Assembly: GCA_012295275.1 (NCBI GenBank) | Contig: CM022665.1 | Coordinates: 19,716,001-19,780,000 of the forward strand | Source of the DNA: Chrysomallon squamiferum | Lineage: Eukaryota > Animalia > Mollusca | Reading direction: 5' to 3' | Length of the DNA: 64,000 bases | In this document: positions 29,001 to 43,167 of the stretch, piece after piece | Layout: every line of letters begins with the position of its first letter | Numbering within the stretch: the first letter of the stretch is position 1 | The notes under the pieces: model-generated | Databases searched by the model: none | Told to the model about the DNA's origin: nothing | What the model saw: the letters and a program-made list of their open reading frames with translations, nothing else | Program-made: the position numbers and the translations under genes

Positions 29001-30149
29001 AAAGTATTTTAATAAATGGCATAACTGAATTTCTTGTTTGTTGTTATTAGTGTAGTTATGTGTGCACAAATTAGAGTGTAATTTTATAAATAACAAATAC
29101 AAATGGTTTTACTCTATGCTTTTTGATGTGTATGTGAAATGACAGAAATCAAAGATTGAAAACTCATCAAATATTAATTTATTTGGTCAAAGAATATATG
29201 CTGACTAAAAAAAAAAAAAAACACTGATCACTGTACAACAAAATATTTTAACAGGACTGACAATCTTGACAATAATAATAATAATAAAATAATATTTTTA
29301 TTGATTTGAGCATTTTATAAACTTCCATTACTGATGCATGAATACGAGTTATTTCCCTTAGATTGTTAATTCTCCAAGTAAATTTAAAAATTCAATATAT
29401 TATGTTAATAAGTAAATGAGTTATTTAAAATGTGATTTTTGTAGTAATGGTTCAATATGCCAGTTCATCAACATTCACTGCATTTTCTTTTTTTCTTTAT
29501 TTTTTAATTATTATTATTATTATTTAAATTGTTTCCAAATGATGTTTATATATTTTACTAATCTCCAAACAAACTTACTTGTTATTTTAGAAAGTGAACA
29601 TGGAATATAAATAAATATACATAAGATTAAAGTCCACCATTGTAATAACCAACAATTCCTACATTAGTTTTCACTTTCATTTTACATCACAACATTTTCT
29701 TTCCTTAAACAAGTATCTTTCCATTAATACCAATAATATTTTCTGATGTAATTATTCTACCTACAATTTTTGCTGAAAGAAAGGAAAGGTTTTTCTTTGA
29801 ATAGTATTGTCATTACTGATTCAGCTATAGGTAAAACTTTTGTTTATATAGAAACTGTCTTCTACTAGCATAGAACATTCTGAATTACTTTGTCTCTGTA
29901 CCTCTGTTAATAATTATATTAACTTATAGAATAAGATGAACGTGGGATATATTCACACAGCTACAAACTCTTGTCTTTCGGTATAAATTTCGGCTATCAG
30001 CTATATGTAATGGAATATGAAATGTTAATGACAGTTAATGAAAACCAGTAACACATCTGCTGCATCTTGATAAATATTTCAACATCACTTGGCATGCAAG
30101 TTGCAGAAGTTGTAGTCATTTGAAACAATTCATATCACCAATAAATACA

Positions 30150-30380
30150 TTTTTAAAATATTTATTCATTTTATGAGGAGAGGTGCATTAACTGAAATGA
30201 AATTTAAAAGTAAAAAATGTTCTGACATTTTATAGAAATGTATATGTCTATTACTTCTAGAATTTTGATTATAAAAAAAAAAAGGCAGTATAAAATTTGC
30301 AAAAGATTATAATACACATAATGTAATGAAGCTTAATATATTTATTCAACTAATTCAGTCAAATTTTTTTACCATTCACT
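30150..30380 (+). repeat. Interspersed repeat, copy 2 (copy 1 at ~7728-7953)
   Basis: Same motifs in the same order as 7728-7953. Confidence 0.75.
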
Positions 30381-30869
30381 GTTATTGCATAATTCTCAAT
30401 GTCTACACAAACTTCAGTCTTTTACCATTAGTAAACAAATATAGCTATATACTTATGTTTTTATTCCTTTTAAAATAATATTTACTATTTTAGAATTCTT
30501 GATGTCCACATATACTTCAACATGCCATTGCTCTAAAAGATTTCACTCTGGTGTTGTGAGATGCTGGTGCTGATGTCAACACTCCTATCTTTGTCAGCAA
30601 CAATTTTACCTTTTGAATTAGTCTGAACATTTTAATAAAGACCTTTTTATTACCAGTATCAGTAGCTTCAAATTTATTTACATCAGTATCACTGTAAAAT
30701 ATTTATAACACAAGTGTACCAGTAGATTGTTCTGTATGAAAATGTTCACAACATTAATTGATTAAACACAAAGTTTAAATAGTTTGTAACAATATTTTTG
30801 TTATTTTTTCATTATTAACATGTTAAGTTATTAAATACACAATTTTCATATGAGGCTAAAACAAAAAGA

Positions 30870-30900
<31 letters not shown>

Positions 30901-31659
30901 ATAACCAATAAAAAAAGGACAAAATTCATTCATTTATGTTAAATATTTACACTTAATAGCTGTCAAATAATAATAATAATAATAAAAATAATAATGTCTC
31001 ATCAAATAAACATTCATTCATTTATTTATTCAAATTATGCATCAAATAATAAACTTAAATTTTGAAAGAGGACTATTTTTTTCATATAAAGTTTAGTCAG
31101 GGTTATGTCCCTTTATGTAAAAATTGTTTTAGTTATCGTCACACCATGCTAATTTCATGTTATATTCGTGATTTTGTAATAATTTTATCAGATTTTATAA
31201 CTATAGTGATTGGTATGAGAAATAACTTTCAAAACAAAATGAGTTAATCCTAGTGATTAGAAACAAAATATTTTTTTATGCTGGACATTATAGCTTTAGA
31301 GCATTCACTGGGATGGGAAAAGTTTGCTGGATTCTGAAACCTGACAAACTGAAGAGAAACCTGATCAATATTACATAAGTTTATTACCAGTTTTCACTTT
31401 TCTGAAAATTTCAAATGTATGTGCAACAACTACTTAACCCAGAAGTGGCTAATTCTATCTGTAACCTAACTTGTATCAATGTCATAAATTCAAGATTTAT
31501 TCAAATGAGTGATTTTAAATTTCATCCTAACACTCATTGTAAACATTCCCAAGTTGATGTTTTGGAAATGACAGTAATTAATTTTTTTTATTCTAACACA
31601 TCATAAAACATTTCAACATTTCAAGTTTCTTGAGATAAATAGATAAATAAATGTAATGA

Positions 31660-32296
31660 TAACCGCAACTCTAATCCTTATGCTAACGCTAACCTTATTG
31701 CTAATTCTAACTCTAGCTATAACCTTACTTGTATCAATACGACAAATTAAGGATTTACAGAAATAAAAGTTATTTGAAATTTGATCCTAAAAATAGTTCA
31801 CGTTTTATATGAAACGTCTGTCAACATAAGTAGTTAATTAAATCTAACCCGAACTCTTACCCCAACTCTAGCCATAATCCTTTAATCCTTTAATCCTAAC
31901 CCTCAAACTCTAACCATGAGCCTAACCTCAACCCTAATCATATTCGTAATATTAGTGCTAACCCTAACCATAATGATAATTGTAAACCTAATCTTCATCC
32001 TAATCCGAGTGGTAACTCTGTCCCAAATTTTAACACTGTCCTTTACCCGATCAGAAACTTTAAATGTAAATTACGGATTTGTTGAAATTAAGGCTGTTTT
32101 AAATTGTATTCTAAGATTCGTCGTAAACACTGGCTGGTTAATTTAACGGAAGTTCTTTAAACTGAATTATAACACTCATACCAATTTCGAAACTGTTACA
32201 TGAAAAGTCTTCTGAGATCAACAAATGATTAAATCAAAACGTAATTCTAACGGTAATCACCGTGTTAAATCCCAGCCGTAACCCTAAACCTAACTC
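31660..32296. repeat. Degenerate (CCCTAA)n-like tracts within a larger diverged repeat
   Basis: ctaaccctaacc-like hexamers at ~31660-31725, 31843-32045 and 32240-32296. Confidence 0.6.
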
Positions 32297-33536
32297 ATAT
32301 ATATATATATATATATATACACATACACATGTGGGAGAGATAGAGACATATCACAGATTTTATTGCATCAATTAAAATTATTATTAAATGTTTTTGTATT
32401 GATTTGATGTTTTTAGTTTTGCAACTGTAGAATTTTTATTGTGATTTTGTTTTATGAACCTGGTCAGTTTGTCCTGCTTGGAGACGCCAGAGTTACTATG
32501 TTGTAAATGTTAACATTGCTGTATCAGGAATTAAACTAATACTAAAACTCTTCAGTTGGAAACCCCATCTTATTTGTTATTCTTTAGACAGTGGTATGTA
32601 TTACGTATGTATATTATATCAACCTATCAGTCTCACGAGATCCGCTTGCCTTGCTCCCCCCATCCCGTTACATATACAGTGGTAGGCAGTATAAGCGTAC
32701 TACTTCTACGATGTGTACTATACTGAAGCAGGGGTTGAGAAAGGCTGTAACTCCAACCAAAGGCGTTAAAATAATTTGTTTGATCTTCAAGATAAATACA
32801 CTTTACAAAATCAAATTATTTCTTTACATTCTCTTTTATTTTATTTTTATACAATATTTGTCATTTATAAATACATTTTTCTTATTTAAAAACACGTTAC
32901 AAAAATAAATAAATATAAAAAAATGGGGTGTTTTTTGTGAGGCTGTTACGGATTAATGGTATTTCAGTTAATTTCAGTCGGGAAATGGATTTGAAATACG
33001 AGCAAATTGAGTTACGATACCACTGTATGTATTTTGTTACTGTCAAATTTTGATCACCATGTAGGTGAGTTTCAGTTTTAAAGATATTCATCGTTTTTTT
33101 TTTTTTTTTATGAGGATTCTTGTTTAGTTTAGTTTAGTTTTGTTTTGTTGTTTATTTATTTAATTTTATTTAATTTTATTTATTTATTTATTTATTTTTT
33201 TAAACAGTAATGACATTTATTTCGTTGCTGAAATAAATAAACGGTGAATATATTTACTCTATTTTGTGATTTTTACTGAAATGGATGAAAAAATAAATAA
33301 TAAAATAAACAGGTGTGCACGAGACAGCCGTTCGTTGAAGAGTTAAGTTGAGGCACGCGACTTCGCTCAAAGTATTTAATTTGAAAACTAATACACAAGT
33401 CTAACGGTATGTTTATTGTCTGTGAATCTCATTTTTCATTATTAACCGCTCATTTCCTACTTGAGCGTGCATCTGTCTCAAACACCTGCCCACCTAGCGA
33501 AACACCTGCTATGTGCCCGACGCTCACAGCTAACCA

Positions 33537-33581
<45 letters not shown>

Positions 33582-34612
33582 TATTATTATTATTATTTTA
33601 AACTTTAAATGAATGCAGTAATTTGTGCGTGTGCGCGAGTGTGTTTTATTTCGACGGCAAAGGAACGTGTAAATAAAGTGTGTAAGTGGAGTTTTTCGCT
33701 GTAAATATAGTTTCGATGTGTCTGTATTTATGTGACTAAGTATAGTGTAACAATTTATTTACTTATCCATATATGTTTATATACTAAAACGTCAAAACCG
33801 TATATGGCAGTAAGTTATTTCTCTACTAGTATTAAATTAAACAAACAAATAAATAAATAAACAAACAAAAAACACACATAAACGAACAAACAAACAAACG
33901 AAAATAAATAAATAAATAAATAAATAAATAAAGAAGCAAACAAAGTAACAAAACAAACAAACAAATAAATAAATAAATAAATAAATAAAATTATATTTAA
34001 TAAATTATGATAATGTTGAAGGCAGATGTTCAGGCGCGTGGCCAGGTTTTGTTGGTCTATTTTCATACAGCTGTCGACACCACAAAGGAACTGCGTGTAC
34101 CGCTATGTCGGGACCGATGCTATTCGAGTGTGACCCTCGGGTAGAACAATGTCCGCTTTCTTCCAGTGCAGCGAGCACGCGCTGTCTAGGATAACATTCA
34201 AGCCGCATCCCATGTGTTGCATGCTTTTATTTATATCTAAGTCAGAGCGCGCCAATGTTCCCGACACTAACATAATGGAATTTGTTATTTTTAAAACGAA
34301 CCAACATTTCCTAAACAAAGAGATTTTAAAGACTGTTTAAAATTTCTCATTCCTAATTCACTGGCTACATTTTAAATTTTGATTTAAATTGCAAGTTATC
34401 TTTGAATTTCAATTTCTTCTTCTTCTTGAGAAACATATCTAATGTGGCGTCTTTAGGCGTTTTTTCTTTTTGCTTTTAGTTACAGTATATCAGTTCATTG
34501 CTTTCATTTCTGTGAACTTTTAGAATGTCTTCACTATTTCTATCAAGAACATAAAGCGAATTTTGGTCAAATCACAGACACAGTTTTTTCTTTTTGAGGG
34601 GGTTTCTGTTTC

Positions 34613-34643
<31 letters not shown>

Positions 34644-35114
34644 CTTCCAACAAAACTTTAATGTGATGCTATTTCCAGTCGGCTTTTATTATTCAGCGCT
34701 ATTCGTGCTTCCTTTAATGTTATTATCTGCCTGCGCTTCACCTGTATGTAAATTGGGCTTTAAACGGCTTTATTAACCCTCATAGCACGAGCCGAACGCG
34801 TGCGTCAAGCGTCGCGTGCCATCACATCTGTGCTGTCTTCTCGCGCGGCTGTAATAAAATGTAGGTCACGTGAGGTCATTTACACGTCGTAGGCCTGCAC
34901 TGAACTGCTGAGACAAAGAAAGACGTTCACAAAATGCATTTTATCATTTCACGAACTTTATAAAATCTTTTTATTTACATTCAGTAGGATATTATTAACT
35001 GTTGTCGTATTATCTCACAGGTAGATTATAAGTAGTTGTTAATAACTTACATTACTTGCTAACACAAACAGTGTGCACACTTTTGTGTACATTAAAAAAA
35101 AATAAAAAAATAAA

Positions 35115-35150
<36 letters not shown>

Positions 35151-35482
35151 TAAAAAAATATATATATAGAATGTAATAAATTTATGTATGAACTTGAGCA
35201 GTCGTTATAAATTAAGTAGTCTTAAAAGTTTTATATCTAACGCAATGGCAGACGATCTCCATGTTACAACAGTATGTTATTTTTTCGCTCTTAGGGCCGA
35301 TTTCTCAAACATAGATAACACTTAAACATAGATAATAATAAATCATAGATACTGCCACGTGCGAAATCAGTACCCGGCCGTCACATGTTAATTCCATGTA
35401 CCCGTTTTGGTTTCGTCTTCATGTCTCGTACGAACGGAGAATACTAATTTATTTTAAAAGTACTGGAGTTGTAGTAGATGAG

Positions 35483-35484
<2 letters not shown>

Positions 35485-35541
<57 letters not shown>
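35485..35541. repeat. (CA)n microsatellite
   Basis: Direct reading; other simple repeats at ~2628-2663 (CA), 4351-4412 (TA/TATG), 49334-49402 (GA), 49980-50055 (AAAT) and 51466-51507 (CA). Confidence 0.95.
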
Positions 35542-35544
<3 letters not shown>

Positions 35545-35634
35545 GCACGCGCGCGTATAATATAAAATACACTAGACTTTTTTAGAAATGAGACAAAAAC
35601 ACTAAATCGCCGAGTCAGTTACGTCTTTCATCAC

Positions 35635-35769
35635 AACGATGTTGGTAGACTTCAAACGGTAACCGTAGACATAAACGAATTCATTCAAAAATAATAATAA
35701 ATAAAATAAAAATCGTCAATTTCGGTATGAGGCATTTGCCTCATTTGCCTCAGTGTAGTTACGGCCATG
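35635..35769 (+). repeat. Interspersed repeat / transposon end shared with ~44732-44921
   Basis: agacttcaaa..taac.gtagac.taaac.aattcattcaa ... catttgcctcagtgtagttacggcc at both loci. Confidence 0.7.
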
Positions 35770-36607
35770 GTATATGTAATGTATAGTTCAGGGAATATAT
35801 TTAACCATGTACTATGTATAATTCCTGAAATTTAGTCTGCTATTTCATACATATTCCCAGAAATTGTTTGACCTGTTATTTGTATCAAATTTCCTATCTT
35901 CGTGATAACATGTAACAAAGGTAAGTTGTTCATTGAAATGATAGCGTTTAAGCAATGAGAAGACAGTTGTTTCAATAGTAAATAAGCAAAAAGTAGAGCA
36001 TGGTTGAATAATTTTTCTTCTGCTAATGACTGTTATTAGTAAGCATCTGATAACAGAAATAAAAATAAAATTAGTTACGTGTACTTAAGCTTGTGATGTG
36101 ATCAGAATTTGAGTAACCTTTACTGCCAATATCCAGTGCGTATGTGTGTGTGTGTGTCAGTAAATTTTAATTAGTTATAATGGTTTCTTTTCTTCTTTTT
36201 TAAAATAATCTTTTTTTTTTGTTGTTGTTTTTTTTTTTTTTTTTTTTTTTATTTATCACTGCAATGAAAAAAGATTATTCAAAACATACGACAAGCATGA
36301 TATTAAAAGATAGAATAAACTATAGGTAAATGTTTAAAGTTTTTATTTTGGCTAATTGTGTCCAACACGAGCTGAACAGACTGAGCCAGGTAAATGTGTT
36401 ACCATCAGTTGGTTTTCGTCAGAACTGTTACAAACAAATTATCTTAGTGTGTGATATAGTCAATGTATTGTTGTATTGCAAATGCAGATAACAAATAATA
36501 TTAATATTACCCTTTCAGTGGTTAAACACTTGCCTAGTCTTTACTTGAAGAAGTTATATTTGTTAAAATCAATTGCCTGGATGTTTTGTTATTAAACACT
36601 GAAAAAG

Positions 36608-36708
<101 letters not shown>

Positions 36709-36779
36709 CAGTAACAGTATACAGACATAATCCCAGAAAACGAGGTAATAACAGAAATTATTACATGAAGCAATCAATC

Positions 36780-38200
36780 AACTAAGGAAAGAAAAATCAC
36801 CAGGCCCTGATAGAACCAGCCATGGAATGCTTCAACATCTGGGAAAAAGACAACAAAAATAAATTTGTAAAGATCTGCAATGCAGTTTAGGTCAGTAGAT
36901 CTGTATCACAATCCTGGCGAGAACAAGTATGATCCCAGAAAGGGAAACAACAAATGCAAACCAGACGGCTATAGATCAACTCTAGGCAGACATGAAGTAA
37001 TACAAGCTCCATTTAGCCAGAACAGATCCACTGAAGATCGGGCCACCAATGAAAGAGATTGAGGATAAATTCCAAGAAAGAAAGAAAGAAAAAAAACCCC
37101 ACCAAACAAAACAAACAAAAAAACCCCACAAAACAATCGCGCTTTGCTCTCTGGACAGAAAAAAAAAAAAAAAAAAAAAAATAATAATAATAATAATAAT
37201 AAGTTTGACAAGGTCAGGAGGTAGAGATTGAGGCTAATGAGGTACCAGTGTCAAATATCGTGATATATGTGGATCTGCCTATAATTCATAAATCGAAAAG
37301 CACGTGTCAAGAACCAAAGACAGATACAAAAAAAAAGGAGAAAAGTCTGAAGCACGGTGTACCACAAGGAGGAGTTCTCTCATCAACATGGAATGACATC
37401 CTGGAGAATGACAAATTCAACAGAAACGAAAAAGCCAAAAACCAAGTTTCAAAAATAGTTACTGCATCTGTAAAGTCAACATTCATACAAACTCTAAACA
37501 CAGTAACAGGCCTCCTGTCCGCTAAACTCGGCAACCCCATCAAAACACTCATACATTTGCCATGTTCAGAAGATATGAGGAACACCAGTGCACCGGAGAA
37601 TGACAAACCAAAGCACAGCCGAATGAAGCGTAAACGTTTCATACAACTGGCCGGAGTGATAAAAAAATAGTGATGTAGAATTCACGGACGACATGACCAA
37701 GAAAATCCAGGCACATTGTACAATTCATATATGGAAGAGTCACAACTTTCCAGACAATCAGGAGGCTCTATCATGAATTTTCAGAGCAAAAAGTGAAAAA
37801 AAAAAAAGCTCTTTCACTAGAGTACATTCACAATGCCAACTCACAAGATCAGTGGATTCAGTTTATATTGTTGACACAGCCGAGGAAATGAAACGAAACG
37901 CTTGAGAATACACCGTGACATGTTTGCGAAATTCCGAGTGTGAGGCAGTGGAACATGCATCTTGATTTCCTGAAACGTTTAGAAACTGCTGAAGTCTTAG
38001 GAACAATTTCCTCTGCTCAAGATGGAAGTAAACACAGACATGGATTTATCAGTTTCAGTGATGCAGACTGATGCCGAAAAGATGCTAAAACTAATCCTAG
38101 TATGTCATCAACGGGCTCCATCGCTGAACCCTGTCAAATGTTAGGAGTCCGCCGTACTCCAAAATAACTGTTCCAGGAGAAATCAATTGAAAGTTAGGTT
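36780..38200 (+). mobile_element. Decayed non-LTR retrotransposon (RT + RNase H fragments; Ingi/Nimb/I-group-like)
   Basis: KKSPGPDRTSHGMLQHLG (~36790), HGVPQGGVLSS (~37350), NQVSKIVTASVKSTFI (QNxAxRIITGAxKSTPI-like), and WIQFI-like start of RNase H (~37850); many deletions and stops. Confidence 0.8.
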
Positions 38201-39431
38201 GCAAAAGTCACCCAGGAATTTAAAATTTTAACAAAAGTTATTATTATTATTATTAATATAAATCCATCTCTTGGTTCTCTTCGGAATGTTGGTGAATCCT
38301 TGGACATTAAACACTTCGAAATTTCACAAGTAAACACAGAACAAAAATTGAGAATATAACTGATCACTTATTCTCACCCGAAAAGCATACTGGTGATACT
38401 TCAGTGCCAGAAAACGAACTACCAACAGATATCACGAACAGTCAGAATTTTGTAAGATCTGGGGAATCCTAGGGATAATAACAAAAGTGATTTGCATCCA
38501 TTTAAATGCACTGCGTGGTGTGGTCTAACGACCAAAAGAATTACTGGACGTAATGTAATTGAATATGAAGATGGCAGCGCATGGCACGAATGATTAATCA
38601 AAGAGCTCTGGTTTCTGGAATCATGCTAGTTGATCACACGGATAATGGAGCTTCTGAGGCTAATTCAAGAATTCAGAAACTGCTGGGCCGTCACGTTTTC
38701 CTGATTTGGCGCCTCACAATATATATCTTTTTTTATTTCTTTTATTTTTAAGGGGGCTACCTGACAGATCGTGTTTTCATCAACAAGACTCAGAAAATTC
38801 AGCAGGTCAACACTGCAGAAATTGAAGGGCTGCAGCTAGACTGCTGCTTCAGAAACAAGTGCTGAAAGAAAATTACTGAGAACGTCTGAGCAACATAGAA
38901 TTTTTACCGTTTATGTAAATTTCTCAGTTACCAACAAACATCTATTACATTTTTAAATACTTCTGTGCCTTTCAATACACAATATATTAACATTGAACAT
39001 ATAAATGTGTAATGTGTATGTCCAGTAATAAAAAAATAAAATAAATAAAAAATAAAAATAGTGTAGAATTCTTCAAACGTATAGAGTGTTAACAAAGCAC
39101 TAAGCAAGTGGCTTGTACACACACATTTCGACAGATACGTGTTAATACAGAACCAGCCATATAAACACTGTATTCTGAATGTGAAAAGAATAGAAGACAG
39201 AGGCGGGAGTAGAGAGTGAGTCTGAAAGATAAAACAGAGGGTAGACACTGAAAAATGAAACCCATCTGTAGACACTGAAAGATGAAACAGAGGGTAGACA
39301 ATGAAATAAATCATGTAATAATACGTTTCGTCAGCTGTTCCAAGTCTTGAACCATGTAATGTGCCAGAGGCATGCCCTCTTGACGTCACAACAGACAACA
39401 CGTGCCTAATAAAGAAAACAAAAATATGGAC

Positions 39432-39695
39432 CAGTAGCGACCTATATTTATGGGGGCCCTTTGCAGACGGCAACGATGTCTAGGTAACCGCTGTTATCTT
39501 CTTCACTGACTTGTTCCATAACAGATAACAATAATTAAAATAATAATAATAATAATAAAATAAAAGAGTAACACGGCATCTCAGATTTGGATTACAATTC
39601 TGAAGCAACGTGGATTAAAGATTCTTCTGCGGCCCCTCGGGGTTTAGAGGCTCTGATGCCTAAGCTTCATTAGCTTGATAACAGATCCGCCCCTG
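39432..39695. mobile_element. Possible small non-autonomous DNA transposon (hAT-like ends)
   Basis: Right end GATCCGCCCCTG with GGGGGCCC/GGCCCC subterminal motifs; left end degenerate, no clear TSD. Confidence 0.35.
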
Positions 39696-40146
39696 GTACA
39701 GACACTGGTAGATGGTAATATCGGAAATTACAATTAAAAATGTGAATTATTACAAATACTTAGCGGTATATTTCAAGATTATCCATAGGAATGCAGCACT
39801 CGCAATCACAACGATAAGAGATATGAAAACTCTTTCAAAAAATTCTGTGTGAAGAAACCACGACACTATATAAGGAAGTGTCACGAAAAACAGAAAACTG
39901 TAAAAAAACAAGAGATAAAGAACTGCCAGTCAGTAACTGCAATTGAAACAAATAGTTCAAAAACATTAAAATTTAAAACAATTAAAGAAAAAAAAAAATA
40001 ATAATAATAATAATAAACAGTAAATAAATAAATAAATATAAAATATCCGCGGCCAAAAGAAACTTTCCCATTGAAATTTCAGAAAAACTGAAAAAAAAGT
40101 TCAACAAATGAAAAGCATGTGCAATTATGGTAGGCTGAAAAAAAAA

Positions 40147-40177
<31 letters not shown>

Positions 40178-40207
40178 GAATAATAAAAAATATAAATAAC
40201 TAAAAAC

Positions 40208-40238
<31 letters not shown>

Positions 40239-41060
40239 TTATAATTAAAATAATAATAAAATTTTCAAAAAATTGAAAAAATTAAAGCTTCAGACGGTAT
40301 GTCACACATCCACAGTGACGAAAAATCACACAGGAATGCAATGCATGACGCACGAACAACTCGCTGTTATCGCAGCACGGTTGTTTCCGTGTTGTAATCA
40401 GACAGAAAGAGACACCAGACACACTTTGAACGGCAACATCCACTGAGGTTCGGTATTTGTGGATCTTGCATCTGCGGAATCATTTTTGACAGTGACATCA
40501 TCGTCGCCAAATGGCTTACGTCACAGTGTTAGTCAACAGACCCAACGTTCACGACATAAAGGTTTACAAACCACAGGGAAAAAACTGGGCATTACATTTT
40601 TGAAAATGTAAAAATTGCAGTGCATTATCGCGATTACTAGTGATCAGTTTCTGTGCTGCTATTTCCTTATCATCTGAGATTGACATGGGCCCTGACTATT
40701 GTGTGGGGAATGGTTAACGAAAACATGAAAGCTCAGCGTCCTTCCATTTGTCAAACAACAGCCATGTGGTGTCATTTATCAGAAAACAATGCCAGACCTT
40801 ATTCAGACAAAACTATGATTGATAGTATAGAAGATAGATAGCAAAATGTTAGAACAGGTTGAAAAAGAGAAAGATTGAAATGTCTTACTGAAGATGTGTT
40901 TTATAAATAATATGCAGATAAAATTATTTATAGATCAGATCAGTTTACATCTTTATTCCTGGGATAAGTTACACAATTCCAACATCAGTGTACATGTTAT
41001 GACACTGTTTTCTGTTAACGCTAACTGACAACAACACCTTAAATTCATTTCATCTGCAAT

Positions 41061-41081
41061 TTTATTGGCATGTTATGTACA
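41061..41081 (-). terminator. Candidate cyclin D polyadenylation signal (implies ~2.1 kb 3' UTR)
   Basis: Minus-strand AATAAA at 41066-41061, preceded by TGTACATA (UGUA/Pumilio-type element) at 41081-41074. Confidence 0.45.
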
Positions 41082-42074
41082 TATACAGAAATAATTCATT
41101 ACAAATGTTTTCATTAAACATTTCTGTTGGACAAATGTCCTTCCAGAGATTCACTTGCTGTCTTTTCATTAAAAAAAAAAACAACTAAAATGTTGCAGCC
41201 AAGATTTGACATTGTTTCAAAACACTGAATGTTTTAATGTTGTTTCAAAACATTTAATCTTTAACTTGATGGCCATGGCTGGACATGCATACATCATAAC
41301 TGCTCTATGTACACCATTCATACTTCATGGTGGCGAAGGTCTGAGCCTACATTTCACTTTATTGACAATATCACAAACTCAGCCCAGACCCACTTCCACT
41401 GTTACAGATCCCACGTACTGGGGATTCACGCTGACCATCTCAAAAATAAACATTTAGACACATTTACAATTATCTCTTATTGCTCTTTTCCCTTCTATAT
41501 TAAAAAGCTGAAATACATGTTATCACAGCGGCTCATGTCATGAAAGACAATGTTGCTAACATTAGTATGACATTTCACCTGCTCCCAGCTGAGTAAAGCT
41601 TACAGTGAAACAAACGAGGTAGGAGAAAACATGGTGAGGAAAGCAGAGGTAGAGGAACAGCAGGTAGGTATTATAAATATCATCAGTTACACTACAGTTC
41701 AGTGTGACTAAAAGTTTCTTTTTACAAGTTTGTGACTTACTAATGTTAAGGATTCTTTTACAAGTTTGTGACTTACTAATGTTAACAGTTCTTTTAAAAG
41801 TTTGTGACTTATTAAAATATTACATTACAGTTTCCCTTACATATAAAATGCTGTATAAAGTGTGAATCTTGACTTACTGATAAATATTTGATAATTTGAA
41901 AAATGTATATTACAAAACTTTAGAAAATACTAAATTTTAGTTATATATATATATATATATAACTGTTGTTTCATGTTTTTAAAACAAAAAGGAAAGCACT
42001 ACTTCTAAAGGAATTCGATAGATTTAACTTGCTTTTATCACTCACTTTATAAAACAGGAAACTCAACAACATAC

Positions 42075-42275
42075 AGAGAAATATTACAGACAACAGGGTT
42101 GTTATGACAGAAATATTACAGTCAACAGAGTTGTTATGACAGAGAAATATTAGACAAGAAAGTTGTCATGACATACAGAGAAATATTACACAGACAACAG
42201 AGTTGTTATGACAGAGAAATATTAGACAACAGGGTTGTTGTGACATACAGAGAAATATTACACAGACAACAGCTG
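42075..42275. repeat. ~33-39-bp tandem repeat in the putative cyclin D 3' UTR
   Basis: acagagaaatattacagacaacagggttgttatg-like units, ~5-6 copies; other short tandem repeats at ~41712-41812 and ~42735-43010. Confidence 0.85.
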
Positions 42276-43167
42276 ACATTCAGTGGCAGTAATCAGCTTT
42301 TCACCAAATGTGTAACCAGTCTACAACAATCAATAATCATTGTGTAACTATAATTATTAGTCTACATCAAATAACAGTCATTGCGTAACCACATTAGTTT
42401 ACATGAATAATCATCGTGTAACCATATTAGTGTAAATCAAATAACAATCACTGTCTAACCACGTAGGTCAAAATCGTATAACAAACATTTTCTTTATCAT
42501 AATGTAACCCCCAAAAAACCAGTCATTGTTTTTGTCTACATTTAATAACATAACAAATGTCTTCTTGTTCCATCACACAACCAGAATTCACAAATCCCTT
42601 CTCCCTCTCAAGAGATGTATTCTTGCTCTCATAGCTGTGTCTCTGAACATGGTTCTACTTTCCTTCTGTCTCATAATCAGAACACACCTGTATATACAGT
42701 AAGTGAGATGTGTTTCTCTACACTATCTCCATATAGTGTTCTCTATCAGCCAAATTAAGTAGACTTGAATACAGTTCATAATGTAGTATTTTCTATCAGT
42801 CCAGTTAAGTAGACTTGAGTACAGTCTATATTATTTTATATTAGGCAAATGGAACAGACTTGTATATGGTGTAAAAGTTTGATCCACGAAAGTTAAGAGA
42901 ACTGAAAAGTCTGTTGTGTTGTTTTCTGTCGAGCAAGGCCAGTAGTCTTGAATACAGTCTATAATATAGTATTTTCTATCAGCCAAATTAAGTAGAATTG
43001 AATACAGTCTACAGTGTAAACCTGTTTGGCTCTTTGTTTTTGTTGTTATGCTTATTTCAGATATCATCCACAAACAGTACTGTAATTATTTCATCTCTGG
43101 TTTGCCAAGACAGAAAAAAAAAAAAAAAAAAAAAAAAAAGCTTCAATCCAGTTTTCTCTATGTATTC

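Noticed and set aside
33537-33596. (AAT)n(ATT)n palindrome
   Set aside because: Common compound microsatellite; nothing indicates function
38928-39473. 181-aa minus-strand ORF
   Set aside because: Non-ATG start, low-complexity hydrophobic composition from AT-rich and short repeat DNA, no motif
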